A DNA stretch of 32,000 bases. Source: Candidatus Saccharimonadota bacterium (GTDB lineage: Bacteria > Patescibacteriota > Microgenomatia > UBA1406 > GWC2-37-13). Made by a program: the position numbers and the translations under genes. Numbering within the stretch: position 1 is the stretch's first letter; each line of letters opens with the position of its first letter. Below are positions 1-9,342 of the stretch, in pieces. The stretch covers positions 240,001 to 272,000 of the forward strand of contig MGBH01000001.1 of NCBI GenBank assembly GCA_001790095.1, written 5' to 3'. The notes beneath the pieces were generated by a model, which saw only the letters and a program-made list of their open reading frames with translations, was not told where the DNA came from and searched no databases.

Positions 1-403
1 TCCAGACTCTGTTACATCAACTGGAATAACTTCTATCCCAACCCCGCAATCACCCTCACCAAAGGTCCCATACGTGCAAACGACACTACAACCATCAGTT
101 ACTGTTCCTACGACTACCCCTGTTACTATGCCGTCTCCAACCCGACCGGCGCCCACGCTTGTGGTATTTACTCCAACTCCAACAACAATGCTTCTTGCTT
201 ATCGTACCATGACGATAACGCCCACTCTCATACCGTCTCGTAACACAGGGGGTGAAGAGCAAAAAAAAAGCATATCACCAACATTTCAACCAACCAGGGG
301 AGCGCCCATTGAAAACAAACTTCCGGAGACAGGATGGGTACAATTAAGCACGATCCTATTTATAGTAGCCGTGACAACAATCTTCTTATCCTTCTTATTT
401 TGA
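1..403 (+). CDS. C-terminal part of a Pro/Thr-rich LPXTG-type sortase-anchored surface protein (5' end outside window)
   Basis: Frame 2 is open from nt 2, so the track's GTG at 74 is probably internal. A P/T-rich linker is followed by LPETG, a hydrophobic helix (WVQLSTILFIVAVTTIFLSFLF) and a stop at 401-403. Confidence 0.7.
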   Translation, partial: PDSVTSTGITSIPTPQSPSPKVPYVQTTLQPSVTVPTTTPVTMPSPTRPAPTLVVFTPTPTTMLLAYRTMTITPTLIPSRNTGGEEQKKSISPTFQPTRGAPIENKLPETGWVQLSTILFIVAVTTIFLSFLF

Positions 404-1060
404 TTCATCTAATGAAGCTGCCTGAATCAAAGAAAGAAATTGTTTAGCATCCCATGAGGCTTTCCCAGGGAGAAAACCGCCAACCTCATCAGAGGTAAGA
501 TATTGTCCAACATTCTGCTCATTCACAGAACCCCCATATATAAATACACAATTTTTAGGGAGGGATAATTTCTTCTTCATGTTTACTACATCCTCAAGCT
601 TTTCATTTTTTCCTGTTCCAATAGCCCATACAGGCTCATAGGCAACATATTTTACATCATGCGGGATGGGGTCTTTCTCGTCACGGACACAATATACTGG
701 TTCAATGCCGTATTTTACTGCTAATTTTACTTTGATCGCTAAGTCTTCGTTTGTTTCATGGAAAGTACTCCTTCTTTCACTATGACCAATAAGGCTAAAC
801 TTGACTATTTCTGATAATGAACGTGCGGTTACTTCGCCAGTATAGCTTCCTTGTTCAAATGCGGATAGTGTCTGAGCTCCGACATATACATTTTTTAGTC
901 CAAGTATTCTTTCCTTTATGTATAAGAGAAAAGGGTATGGAGCACAAATACTAATTGTTACCAGATTGTGGGGACGATATCCAAGAAGGAATGTGTCTAA
1001 CCAATTTTGTACTTCTTTTATTGTTTTATTTGCTTTCCAGTTGGCGAGGATAAACTTCAT
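395..1060 (-). CDS. tpiA: Triosephosphate isomerase
   Basis: From ATG 1060 (MKFILANWKANKT...) the protein carries the substrate Lys context NWK, the catalytic His motif LIGHSERR and the catalytic Glu motif AYEPVWAIGTG. The 22 extra codons in the track ORF (to 1126) would run into the helicase start. The 3' end overlaps the convergent LPXTG gene by 9 nt. Confidence 0.9.
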   Translation of the reverse strand: MKFILANWKANKTIKEVQNWLDTFLLGYRPHNLVTISICAPYPFLLYIKERILGLKNVYVGAQTLSAFEQGSYTGEVTARSLSEIVKFSLIGHSERRSTFHETNEDLAIKVKLAVKYGIEPVYCVRDEKDPIPHDVKYVAYEPVWAIGTGKNEKLEDVVNMKKKLSLPKNCVFIYGGSVNEQNVGQYLTSDEVGGFLPGKASWDAKQFLSLIQAASLDESK

Positions 1061-1106
1061 ATAAGTAATAATATAACTTGTAATCAATAGACTATAATTA
1101 TAGTTT

Positions 1107-2882
1107 ATGTTAGACGATGTCTTCAAGGGATTAAACGAACAACAAAAAAAAGCAGTTTCTTATGTAAAAGGACCCTCAATTATTCTGGCCGGGGCAGGTT
1201 CGGGTAAAACACGAGTGCTTATTTATAAAGTGATACATCTCATAAATAATCATAAGGTTGATTCTTCCTCAATTCTCATGATTACTTTTACTAACAAGGC
1301 TGCAGGAGAGTTGAAAAAGAGAATGCGTTTTCATCAAAAAAAAAGCCTTGGATATGTAGGAACGTTTCATTCTTTTTGTGCTCAGGTATTAAGATCTGAG
1401 GGGATACATATTGGATTAAACAAAGGATTTGTTATATATGATGATGATGATCAGTTAGCCCTCATGAAAGCAATCGTAAAAGAAAAAGAGGTAAAAAGAT
1501 TTTCCCCTTCGTTTATTCTCAACAGAATATCTGCAGCAAAAAACCAACTCATATCTCCTAAAAGATACTTACAGACATTTTCGGATTACTCAGCTTCGCA
1601 AATATACGAATTATATACAGAATATGTTCGCAGATTACGATTGCATCAGGCGGTGGATTTTGATGATCTCATCATGCTAACAGTGGAATTATTTGCTAAA
1701 TATCCTTCAATACTTAAACAGTATCAAGACAAATATACATACATTTTTGTTGATGAGTTCCAGGACACCAATTATGCACAGTATCACTTAACTCAGTCTT
1801 TGGGCAATAGAAACAACAATATAACTGTTGTTGGAGATTTCTCACAGAGTATTTATTCTTGGAGAGGGGCAGATATGCGCAACCTTGAAAAATTCAAAGA
1901 GGATTTCTCTCAATGTAAAACATTTCTTTTGGAACGTAATTACCGCTCATCACAAAAGATACTCGACTTTGCCTATGAAATTATTGCAAAAAACGAAGGG
2001 CATCCGATACTCAAACTCTATACTGAAAATAAAATAGGAGAAGAAATTCCCATATATGAAGCTCGTGATGAAAGTGATGAGGCCTTTTATGTATCTACAG
2101 AGATAGAAAGATTAAGAGGCATATATCTATATGAATCAATAGCAGTTCTATATCGTACAAACGCTCAGTCTCGGGCGATTGAAGAATCCTTTTTGCATTA
2201 TGGAATCCCATATGTTTTAATTGGCGGTACGCGATTTTATGAACGCAAAGAGGTTAAAGATGTACTTTCTTATATGAGACTACTTATTAACCCACTTGAT
2301 GGGGTTGCTAGGGAACGAATAATAAAACTTGGGAAGCGAAAATGGATCGCTTTTAAAGAAAAATACGAAGAACTGCAAAAAAAATCAGAAAATTTACAAA
2401 CGGCAGAATTAATGGAGCGGGTTTTTCAGGAAACCGGATATTTGGAGCTATACAATCCAAGCGACGAAGAAGACTATAGTCGTCTGGAAAATATCAAAGA
2501 GTTAAAATCAGTTGCGATTCATTTTCCAAACATTATCGAGTTTCTCCAGCAAGTTGCCTTGGTTGAATCAGAGTATTCTGAAGGAGAAAAGAAAAAGAAA
2601 GCAAATGAGGGGGTCAGGTTAATGACTCTTCATCAAGCTAAGGGACTAGAGTTTAAGGCAGTGTTTATCGTTGGGGTAGAAGATGGTATATTACCGCATG
2701 CTCGTTCAATTGATGATTATTTTCAGTTAGAAGAAGAGCGGAGATTATTTTATGTGGGGATTACGAGAGCGCAAGAAAAGCTCTATATTAGCTACGCAAG
2801 ACGCAGATATATGTATGGAAGAAGGGGAGAGGGGATGAAGTCAAGATTTTTAGGGGGAGAGGAAGCAAGGATTGATTGGTGA
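1107..2882 (+). CDS. UvrD/PcrA/Rep-family superfamily-1 DNA helicase (compact, 591 aa)
   Basis: Walker A AGAGSGKT, ITFTNKAA, motif II FVDEFQDTN, motif III GDFSQSIYSWRGA, and C-terminal MTLHQAKGLEF ... LFYVGITRA. Confidence 0.9.
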   Translation: MLDDVFKGLNEQQKKAVSYVKGPSIILAGAGSGKTRVLIYKVIHLINNHKVDSSSILMITFTNKAAGELKKRMRFHQKKSLGYVGTFHSFCAQVLRSEGIHIGLNKGFVIYDDDDQLALMKAIVKEKEVKRFSPSFILNRISAAKNQLISPKRYLQTFSDYSASQIYELYTEYVRRLRLHQAVDFDDLIMLTVELFAKYPSILKQYQDKYTYIFVDEFQDTNYAQYHLTQSLGNRNNNITVVGDFSQSIYSWRGADMRNLEKFKEDFSQCKTFLLERNYRSSQKILDFAYEIIAKNEGHPILKLYTENKIGEEIPIYEARDESDEAFYVSTEIERLRGIYLYESIAVLYRTNAQSRAIEESFLHYGIPYVLIGGTRFYERKEVKDVLSYMRLLINPLDGVARERIIKLGKRKWIAFKEKYEELQKKSENLQTAELMERVFQETGYLELYNPSDEEDYSRLENIKELKSVAIHFPNIIEFLQQVALVESEYSEGEKKKKANEGVRLMTLHQAKGLEFKAVFIVGVEDGILPHARSIDDYFQLEEERRLFYVGITRAQEKLYISYARRRYMYGRRGEGMKSRFLGGEEARIDW

Positions 2883-2939
2883 TTTGTACCGGCAGGTATT
2901 ATTATATATAATACATTTTATACGATATAACAGAAAGCT

Positions 2940-3536
2940 ATGATAAGAGATAAAACAGGTAAACAATTAACGACGTTGGAGATAGTGCAAAAAATGAGAA
3001 ATAGGTTTTATAAAGTAATTGTTGAAATTGAAATATATATTCTTCACATCGTAGGGTATATTCCATCACATACTATACGCAACTTTTTATATTTTCTTGC
3101 AGGAATACAGATAGGAAAAGGTTCAGCCATACACATGGGAGCTCATTTTCATGATCCAAAGCGCATTGTAATTGGTGAGGATACGATCATTGGTGAGGGA
3201 ATGGTTTTTGATGGGCGAGATAAAATAAAGATTGGAAACCATGTAGATATAGCCTCTCAAGTTATGTTTTATAATAGCGAACACGATATACACAGTGAGC
3301 ATTTCGAAGCAATTTGTGCACCAGTTATTATTGAAGACTATGTATTTATAGGACCGCGTTCCATCATTCTTCCTGGGGTTACAGTTGGCAGGGGGGCAAT
3401 CATTGCAGCTGGGGCTGTCGTAACAAAAGATGTTCCTCCATTTTCAATTGTTGGAGGAGTGCCGGCACGGCTAATTGGAGAGCGGAAAAACAAAGATCCT
3501 CACTATCGTTTGGGAAGGGCTGAATTGTTTCGCTAA
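2940..3536 (+). CDS. Hexapeptide-repeat (left-handed beta-helix) O-acetyltransferase, WcaF/Maa-like, with N-terminal hydrophobic segment
   Basis: Hexapeptide repeats [14 protein letters not shown] and [44 protein letters not shown]. Confidence 0.75.
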   Translation: MIRDKTGKQLTTLEIVQKMRNRFYKVIVEIEIYILHIVGYIPSHTIRNFLYFLAGIQIGKGSAIHMGAHFHDPKRIVIGEDTIIGEGMVFDGRDKIKIGNHVDIASQVMFYNSEHDIHSEHFEAICAPVIIEDYVFIGPRSIILPGVTVGRGAIIAAGAVVTKDVPPFSIVGGVPARLIGERKNKDPHYRLGRAELFR

Positions 3537-3550
3537 TACTTTCGTCTTTA

Positions 3551-4972
3551 TTAATCTTGGGTTCCGACTAAAAAGACTGCTTGCCAGGGTTTGTATGAAG
3601 AGAAAAATTTCTTGTCAAACAAAACTTCATTTTTTCTTGAGACTTTATAAGTAAACGTTGCCTTACCGCCCCACGCAGGGAAGTCAACTTGTTTTACTAT
3701 CCCACGTTTAAGAGTTGGATCATCTTGATATAAAGGGTCAGGAGGAGGAGCAACATCAAAAAGTACTGGTACAGAAAGCTCAATATTGCGATCGTCTTTT
3801 TTTCCATAAAGCTTAAAGGTAAGTATCATTTTTTCCTCATCTATCTCCGTTTGAATAAGAATTGAAGCCGGAGTATTATTTTGAATTTTTAAATCAACGC
3901 TTGGGGCGAAAACAGTCGCATCTAGTCCTGGTTTTGAATCATTCTCATAGTAAGAAACGCGGTATGCGTGAGGGTGTTGTTCAAGGATAGGGAGGCCAGC
4001 ATTGAGAGCGGCACGAAAAAAGGTTGTTGAGACTTGGCAAACCCCTCCCCCATCTCCCAGTACGGTTTTTCCACCTTTAATAATATAGGCGGGTTGATAT
4101 CCTGTTTGAGCTGATATATCTCCTATTGTTTCATTAAATGAGAGCTCACTGTTTTTGGGTATAAGAACGCCATTAAACTTAGAAGCAGCAAGAATTACAT
4201 TGTGTATTCTACCAGGGATAGAATGAGAATAGTTAGAGACGCCTTGTCCAATCAGCTCTTCTATCCCAAAACCATTTGCTTTTGCAAGTAACACCTCAGG
4301 TTCAACTGGTTGTTCTTTTAGAGTGATAACGTAGTTTTTTTGTTTATATTTGAGGCTGCGAATGGATTGATCGATGTCCCGCAGTAAAGCTTCTGTGAGA
4401 AGAGCGTTCCCTTTTTCTTCTTTTCGAAAACTGACTACGCGGCCTTTTTCAAATTTAAATAGGGCATTTTTTGCAGGTTTGTCATAAGATTCCTTATATC
4501 GTTCAACATTCTCAGAAATGACACTGTTTAGATACTGTACTTGTGTAGAAAATTGGAATTTGTCCAGTCCAAAAAGCGTTGTTATTCTTTGATATATACG
4601 AGAAGATGTATGGGGCGTTCTACCGACAAGATAGGCCTTTTCAAATATCTCATCAGTATTAGTGTGAAGACCTAATAACTGAGCGGAGAAAGTGCCAATG
4701 ATTTCTTTATGGTAAAAGATCTGTATCTTCGTATTTAGTAGTTTCTGTTCCCTCTCCTTAAAAAGAGAAATTACTTCTGCTTTTGTTTTTCTTCCGACAG
4801 ACACATTATCGATATATACCTGTGGATAGATCCTATCTGTAAGCTTTTTTAACTCCTGAGTAATATATCCGACCATCATAGCTAAAAAAAGAAGGATGGA
4901 AAGAGTAATCAAGAGAAAAACACGCACAAAGCGCGTGTGATTCTTTAGGATATTTGTTATCATAATATACAT
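3551..4972 (-). CDS. VanW-family membrane-anchored protein
   Basis: N-terminal TM helix (VFLLITLSILLFLAMMVGYI) and VanW-type core GGGVCQVSTTFFRAALNAGLPILEQHPHAYRVSYY. The first ATG (4972) overlaps the ATG of the divergent gene. An in-frame ATG at 4963 is equally possible. Confidence 0.8.
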   Translation of the reverse strand: MYIMITNILKNHTRFVRVFLLITLSILLFLAMMVGYITQELKKLTDRIYPQVYIDNVSVGRKTKAEVISLFKEREQKLLNTKIQIFYHKEIIGTFSAQLLGLHTNTDEIFEKAYLVGRTPHTSSRIYQRITTLFGLDKFQFSTQVQYLNSVISENVERYKESYDKPAKNALFKFEKGRVVSFRKEEKGNALLTEALLRDIDQSIRSLKYKQKNYVITLKEQPVEPEVLLAKANGFGIEELIGQGVSNYSHSIPGRIHNVILAASKFNGVLIPKNSELSFNETIGDISAQTGYQPAYIIKGGKTVLGDGGGVCQVSTTFFRAALNAGLPILEQHPHAYRVSYYENDSKPGLDATVFAPSVDLKIQNNTPASILIQTEIDEEKMILTFKLYGKKDDRNIELSVPVLFDVAPPPDPLYQDDPTLKRGIVKQVDFPAWGGKATFTYKVSRKNEVLFDKKFFSSYKPWQAVFLVGTQD

Positions 4973-6503
4973 GGATGATAATAAACAAAATTCAGATGGA
5001 AATCAATCCCCATCAAATACAGAGGTTCCGAAGCCTATATTTGAAACAGTTCCTGTTGAGGGAACCGATGTAAATCCATTGACCGATGATATGAGGCCAG
5101 AAGAAATAGGACCAAATGTATCGGCGACCGAGGAAATGGGGGCGGGCGGAATGACAGATCCTGAGATATTACCATCAGAGCAACCGCTTGTATATGAAGA
5201 AAGTAAAGTAAAATATGTCGTTATTGGATTGGGAGTAGTGGTCTTTGTGATTGTCGTGGTTTTTCTTTTCTCGTTATTTGTCAATGCAAGAAAAGGTGGA
5301 CCACCGAAAAAAGATATTCAATTAGTGTATTGGGGTTTATGGGAAGAGAAAGAAGTATTTGATCCAATTATTAAATCATATGAGCAAAAAAATCCCGGTG
5401 TTAAGATCAGTTACGAAAAAAAGGCACCACAGGAATACAGAGAAAAACTAATTGTGAGAAGTCAAAAGGGTCAGGGACCGGACATATTCCGTTTTCATAA
5501 TACCTGGCTTCCTCAAATAAGAGACATAACAGCTCATTTGCCTGAAGAAGTGATGGGGGGCGCCGATTTTGAAAAGACTTTTTATCCCATACATCAAAAA
5601 GATCTCAAAATTGGCACATATTATTATGGTCTACCTCTTTATATTGATGGGCTTGTATTGGTCTATAACGAAAGTCTATTTAAAAAAGCCGGTCTCAACA
5701 CGGCTCCAAGCAACTGGGATGAACTTATTGAATATGCTGGTAAAATCCAGGTACAAGGTGAAGATGGGAAGCTTATCACTTCAGGGATAGCTTTGGGAAC
5801 CGCATCAAACACAGAACATTTTTCGGATATCTTTGGATTAATGTTGCTTCTAAATGGTGGGGATTTGAGGAGACTTGATGAACCTGAAGCCAGTGGGGCG
5901 CTTGAAGCGTATAGACGCTTTGCAGAACTACCCAATAACACATGGGACGAATCTATGCCAAATTCAATAGCCGCATTTATTCAGCAAAAAGTAGCGATGA
6001 TTATTGTACCCTCATGGGAGCTTATTACCATTAAGACGGCAGATCCAGATTTAAAATTAAAGGTTGTTCCCATACCCAAACCTCCTGGGGGAAAGCAGGT
6101 TTCTCTTGCAACATATTGGGTAGAAGGTGTGTCTAAGATGAGTAAAAATCAACTAGAAGCATGGAAATTCTTGAAATATTTAACAGAAAAAGATACGATG
6201 ACAAAGCTTTACGAAAACCAAAGCGCTACTCGTATCTTTGGTGAACCATATTCGAGAATAGATTTGGCCCAGCTGATTATCCAAGATCAGTATGTCGGTG
6301 CAGTTATAAAACAAGCAGAAGATGATGTCTATGTTTCACTCCCTCTCAGCTCTAACACATTTGATAATGGATTAAATGATGAGATCGTCAGATACATTGA
6401 AAACGCAATCAACGGTACCATAAAGGGAGCGTCATATAACGATGCTCTTCAAACAGCAAAAATGGGGATAGAACAGGTTATGGGTAGGTATAAAATTGAG
6501 TAA
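4971..6503 (+). CDS. Membrane-tethered extracellular solute-binding protein (family 1, sugar-type), orphan
   Basis: An acidic/Pro-rich N-terminal ~80 aa is followed by one TM helix (YVVIGLGVVVFVIVVVFLFSLF) and an SBP-like domain (VYWGLWEEKEVFDPIIKSYEQKNPGVKISYE, YYYGLPLYIDGLVLVYNESLFKKAGL). There is no permease or ATPase gene in the window. Confidence 0.75.
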   Translation: MDDNKQNSDGNQSPSNTEVPKPIFETVPVEGTDVNPLTDDMRPEEIGPNVSATEEMGAGGMTDPEILPSEQPLVYEESKVKYVVIGLGVVVFVIVVVFLFSLFVNARKGGPPKKDIQLVYWGLWEEKEVFDPIIKSYEQKNPGVKISYEKKAPQEYREKLIVRSQKGQGPDIFRFHNTWLPQIRDITAHLPEEVMGGADFEKTFYPIHQKDLKIGTYYYGLPLYIDGLVLVYNESLFKKAGLNTAPSNWDELIEYAGKIQVQGEDGKLITSGIALGTASNTEHFSDIFGLMLLLNGGDLRRLDEPEASGALEAYRRFAELPNNTWDESMPNSIAAFIQQKVAMIIVPSWELITIKTADPDLKLKVVPIPKPPGGKQVSLATYWVEGVSKMSKNQLEAWKFLKYLTEKDTMTKLYENQSATRIFGEPYSRIDLAQLIIQDQYVGAVIKQAEDDVYVSLPLSSNTFDNGLNDEIVRYIENAINGTIKGASYNDALQTAKMGIEQVMGRYKIE

Positions 6504-6521
6504 ATTGTGTTAAAATGAAAT

Positions 6522-8591
6522 ATGAGACTCCCCTTTTTTTCATCACGTTCTGTTCCTCAAGAATTGTTTTTTGGTCTTTTTTTAAAGGAAAAAAAAGGTG
6601 TCGGATATATATTTAGTGGAAACAAAGATAAAATATCCTTGGTTGCAAAACACGAATTCAAATATTCAAACGGTTGGGATAATCTAACAGAGGATGTTGA
6701 TGATGTTTTATTTAAGCTGGAGGATGAAACAAAAACTCGGATTGAAAAAACAATTTTCTTCGTTTTCTCTCACTTAGTGGATGACGCAACAAAAGAAATA
6801 AAAAGACCTTATTTACAAAAGATAAAAGAGCTGACAAAGAACCTTGAGATCAAACCTATAGGGTATATCGAATGTTATGAGGCTGTTGTTTCCTTTTTGC
6901 AGCAAAGAGAAGGGACACCGCTAACCTCTATTCTTATTGAGCTTGACAGTACAAACGCAGGCGTTTTTATCTATAAAGGAGGTCATAAAATCAATAATTT
7001 CATCGTTGCACGGACTAATAGCATTGTTGATGATTTATCTTCAGTTTTTGATACCTTAGGTAAGAATACGTTATTGCCCAATAGAGTAATTCTTTATAAT
7101 TCTTCCAACTTGATCGAAGAATCGACAAAAATTATATCTCATAAGTGGAGTTCTGAATTGTTTGTACAACTTCCTCGTGTTGAGATATTAAAAGAAGAAG
7201 ATATGCTTACTGGTTTGATGTCTGTTTTTGAACAACAAATCTACTCAGATCAAAATATTGATAAGGGGAGTGTCGATCACGAAGAAGAAAAAGAAGTGTT
7301 AGGTTTTGTTATAGGAGCTGATGTTAAGAAAAAAAGAAATTTTGTTCACAAAGAAAGCTCTTCTTTGCTTAAACAGTCGCCCTATATACAAAGAATATTT
7401 GGATCAGTGATGGTATTTTTTAAAAAAATAGGAATGCCGCAAGTAAAGATTATGGGGGCATCAAAAAAAAAGTATGTGACAGCTTTTATTTGCATATTGT
7501 TTGTTGGAGCATTCTTCTTTCTCCTTGAATTTTTCTTACACAAGGCAACGGTGAAAGCTGTATTTCCCTCAAAAAAAATTGACAAAAAAGTAGAAATAAA
7601 TGGAGCCATTGATGAGCAGAAAGAAGGGTATCTAAACATCCAGATTGCTACTTCTTCAGTTGAGATGAAGGATATAAAGACAACTACGGGAAAAAGAGAC
7701 GTAGGTGAAAAAGCAAAGGGCGAGGTAATTCTTTATAATTTTGATGACAAGGAGAAAACATTTCAGAAAGGAACCACTATCCAAGTAGATACCTTACAGT
7801 TTACAACAGATGAGGATGCAAAAGTAGCCGCTTCAACTCTTGCAAACGATGCTTCTGCTAAACTACCTGGTAAATCTAAAGTAAAAGTAACAGCTGTTGA
7901 GATTGGGACAGAATCAAACCTCGACAAAGGAAAACGTTTTAAAATCACAGACCTATCACCATCAACATACTTTGCCTTAAATGAAACTGCCTTTTCCGGT
8001 GGAACAAGAAAATCTATTAAAACAGTCTCAAAAAAAGACTTAGATGAACTACAGGCTTCTTTGTTACAGAAGGCAAAAGACCAACAAAAGGAATCGATCT
8101 ACAAAGCCAAGGATAAACGAGTGACATTGATTGATTCAATGATGGATTTCCAACTGTCAAATATTAAATTTTCCAAAGAGTTAGGAGAAGAAGGAGAGAC
8201 TATTACCCTTAACGCTAAGGTGGTTGCTAAATATTACTATTTTGATAATGCTCTCATGAGTACCGTATTAAAAAAAGAGATGGAACAAGACATACCTGAG
8301 GGGTACGTTCTTAAAGAAAAGAATATTTCTTATAAAATTGATGATGTATCTCAGGGTAAAACAAATACAAGTTTGGAAGTCCATATTCAGGCAAAAGCAA
8401 CGAAAAACATTAACACTCGAGAGATTATTTCTCGATTTCGTTTTAAACAGGTCTCACAGGCAGAGAATGAACTTAAGAACATCTATGGTACAATATCAAA
8501 TCAAATAAGCATAGCGCCTCCCCTATTTATTTTAGGTGATTTTATGCCCCTTTTTGAAAGAAATATCGATTTACGAATTGAATCAAATTGA
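6522..8591 (+). CDS. Bitopic membrane protein of unknown function (cytoplasmic N-domain, one TM, large extracytoplasmic beta-rich C-domain)
   Basis: Long uninterrupted ORF with no signal peptide. A single TM (YVTAFICILFVGAFFFLLEFFL) lies at nt 7473-7538. The N-domain has a faint actin-fold/FtsA-PilM-like flavour (ILIELDSTNAGVFIYKGG). The C-domain (GEVILYNFDDKEKTFQKGT...) recalls proteins annotated as baseplate-J-like in CPR genomes. The family assignment is weak. Confidence 0.6.
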   Translation: MRLPFFSSRSVPQELFFGLFLKEKKGVGYIFSGNKDKISLVAKHEFKYSNGWDNLTEDVDDVLFKLEDETKTRIEKTIFFVFSHLVDDATKEIKRPYLQKIKELTKNLEIKPIGYIECYEAVVSFLQQREGTPLTSILIELDSTNAGVFIYKGGHKINNFIVARTNSIVDDLSSVFDTLGKNTLLPNRVILYNSSNLIEESTKIISHKWSSELFVQLPRVEILKEEDMLTGLMSVFEQQIYSDQNIDKGSVDHEEEKEVLGFVIGADVKKKRNFVHKESSSLLKQSPYIQRIFGSVMVFFKKIGMPQVKIMGASKKKYVTAFICILFVGAFFFLLEFFLHKATVKAVFPSKKIDKKVEINGAIDEQKEGYLNIQIATSSVEMKDIKTTTGKRDVGEKAKGEVILYNFDDKEKTFQKGTTIQVDTLQFTTDEDAKVAASTLANDASAKLPGKSKVKVTAVEIGTESNLDKGKRFKITDLSPSTYFALNETAFSGGTRKSIKTVSKKDLDELQASLLQKAKDQQKESIYKAKDKRVTLIDSMMDFQLSNIKFSKELGEEGETITLNAKVVAKYYYFDNALMSTVLKKEMEQDIPEGYVLKEKNISYKIDDVSQGKTNTSLEVHIQAKATKNINTREIISRFRFKQVSQAENELKNIYGTISNQISIAPPLFILGDFMPLFERNIDLRIESN

Positions 8592-8601
8592 TCCTTTGTA
8601 T

Positions 8602-9342
8602 ATGCCACTTCATGTATATCTTAAGAAAAATAATTCTTTCAAAAAAAGAGTAGTTAATCACTTTTCATATCTATCACTTATTATCGGCATGCTCCTTTTA
8701 TTTTGGTCTTTTTACCCTGTAATATCATTTGAACTATACTCAAGATTATTTATTCAACAACATACGTTGTCTCCCCTCCCTGCCTCTGAAACAGTTTCTT
8801 CCTTGAAAGAAGCTGATTCTGTGTTAGGAAGCTATGATGTATATTCAAATAATTTAAGAGACTTTACTCAGGCTCATCTTTGGTTCCCAAAGCAGCAGCA
8901 GTCAAGCCAAACCAATAATTTTATTGTCAAAGACTACTATCTAACGATACCAAAACTCAATATAACAAGGGCTCATGTTATAGTAGGTGGAGAGGATCTT
9001 ACTAAAGGACTTGTACACTATATGCCTCGTACGATGCCGGGGGAGTATGGCAACGTTGCTATCTTTGGTCACTCTACCCTACCTCAACTCTATGACGAAA
9101 AAGACTATAAAACAATCTTTACCTATCTGCCCTCACTTGAAAAAGGAGATAAAATCTTAATACAAGTTGGAGACCTCGAATATGAGTATGTGGTAGATGA
9201 TATGTTTGTAGTCAATCCGGATAAAATTTCGGTTTTGGATCAAAGATATGATGCTTCATATGTAACACTGATAACCTGCGTACCTCCGGGTACATACTGG
9301 AAGCGATTGGTGATTAGGTCGAAGCTTGTGCAGCTTCCCTAA
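8602..9342 (+). CDS. Sortase (cysteine transpeptidase)
   Basis: IFGHSTLP (His), TLITCVPPG (TLxTC Cys), WKRLVIRS (Arg), and an N-terminal TM helix. Start placed at ATG 8602 (MPLHVY...) because the track's 8536 start lies inside the upstream gene. Confidence 0.85.
   Translation: MPLHVYLKKNNSFKKRVVNHFSYLSLIIGMLLLFWSFYPVISFELYSRLFIQQHTLSPLPASETVSSLKEADSVLGSYDVYSNNLRDFTQAHLWFPKQQQSSQTNNFIVKDYYLTIPKLNITRAHVIVGGEDLTKGLVHYMPRTMPGEYGNVAIFGHSTLPQLYDEKDYKTIFTYLPSLEKGDKILIQVGDLEYEYVVDDMFVVNPDKISVLDQRYDASYVTLITCVPPGTYWKRLVIRSKLVQLP

Noticed and set aside
261-269. A9 homopolymer inside the LPXTG surface-protein gene as a possible phase-variation switch
   Set aside because: Equally long A-tracts occur inside housekeeping genes, for example A9 at 1336-1344 in the helicase. 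The tract reflects AT-rich, Lys-rich coding rather than a specific contingency locus.
8536-8601. Track start codon for the sortase at 8536, and similarly TTG 27588 for nnrD and 23267 for the hydrolase
   Set aside because: These upstream starts lie inside neighbouring genes and add non-conserved-looking residues. Downstream ATGs (8602, 27609, 23387) give N-termini that fit the families better. The choice remains unverified.
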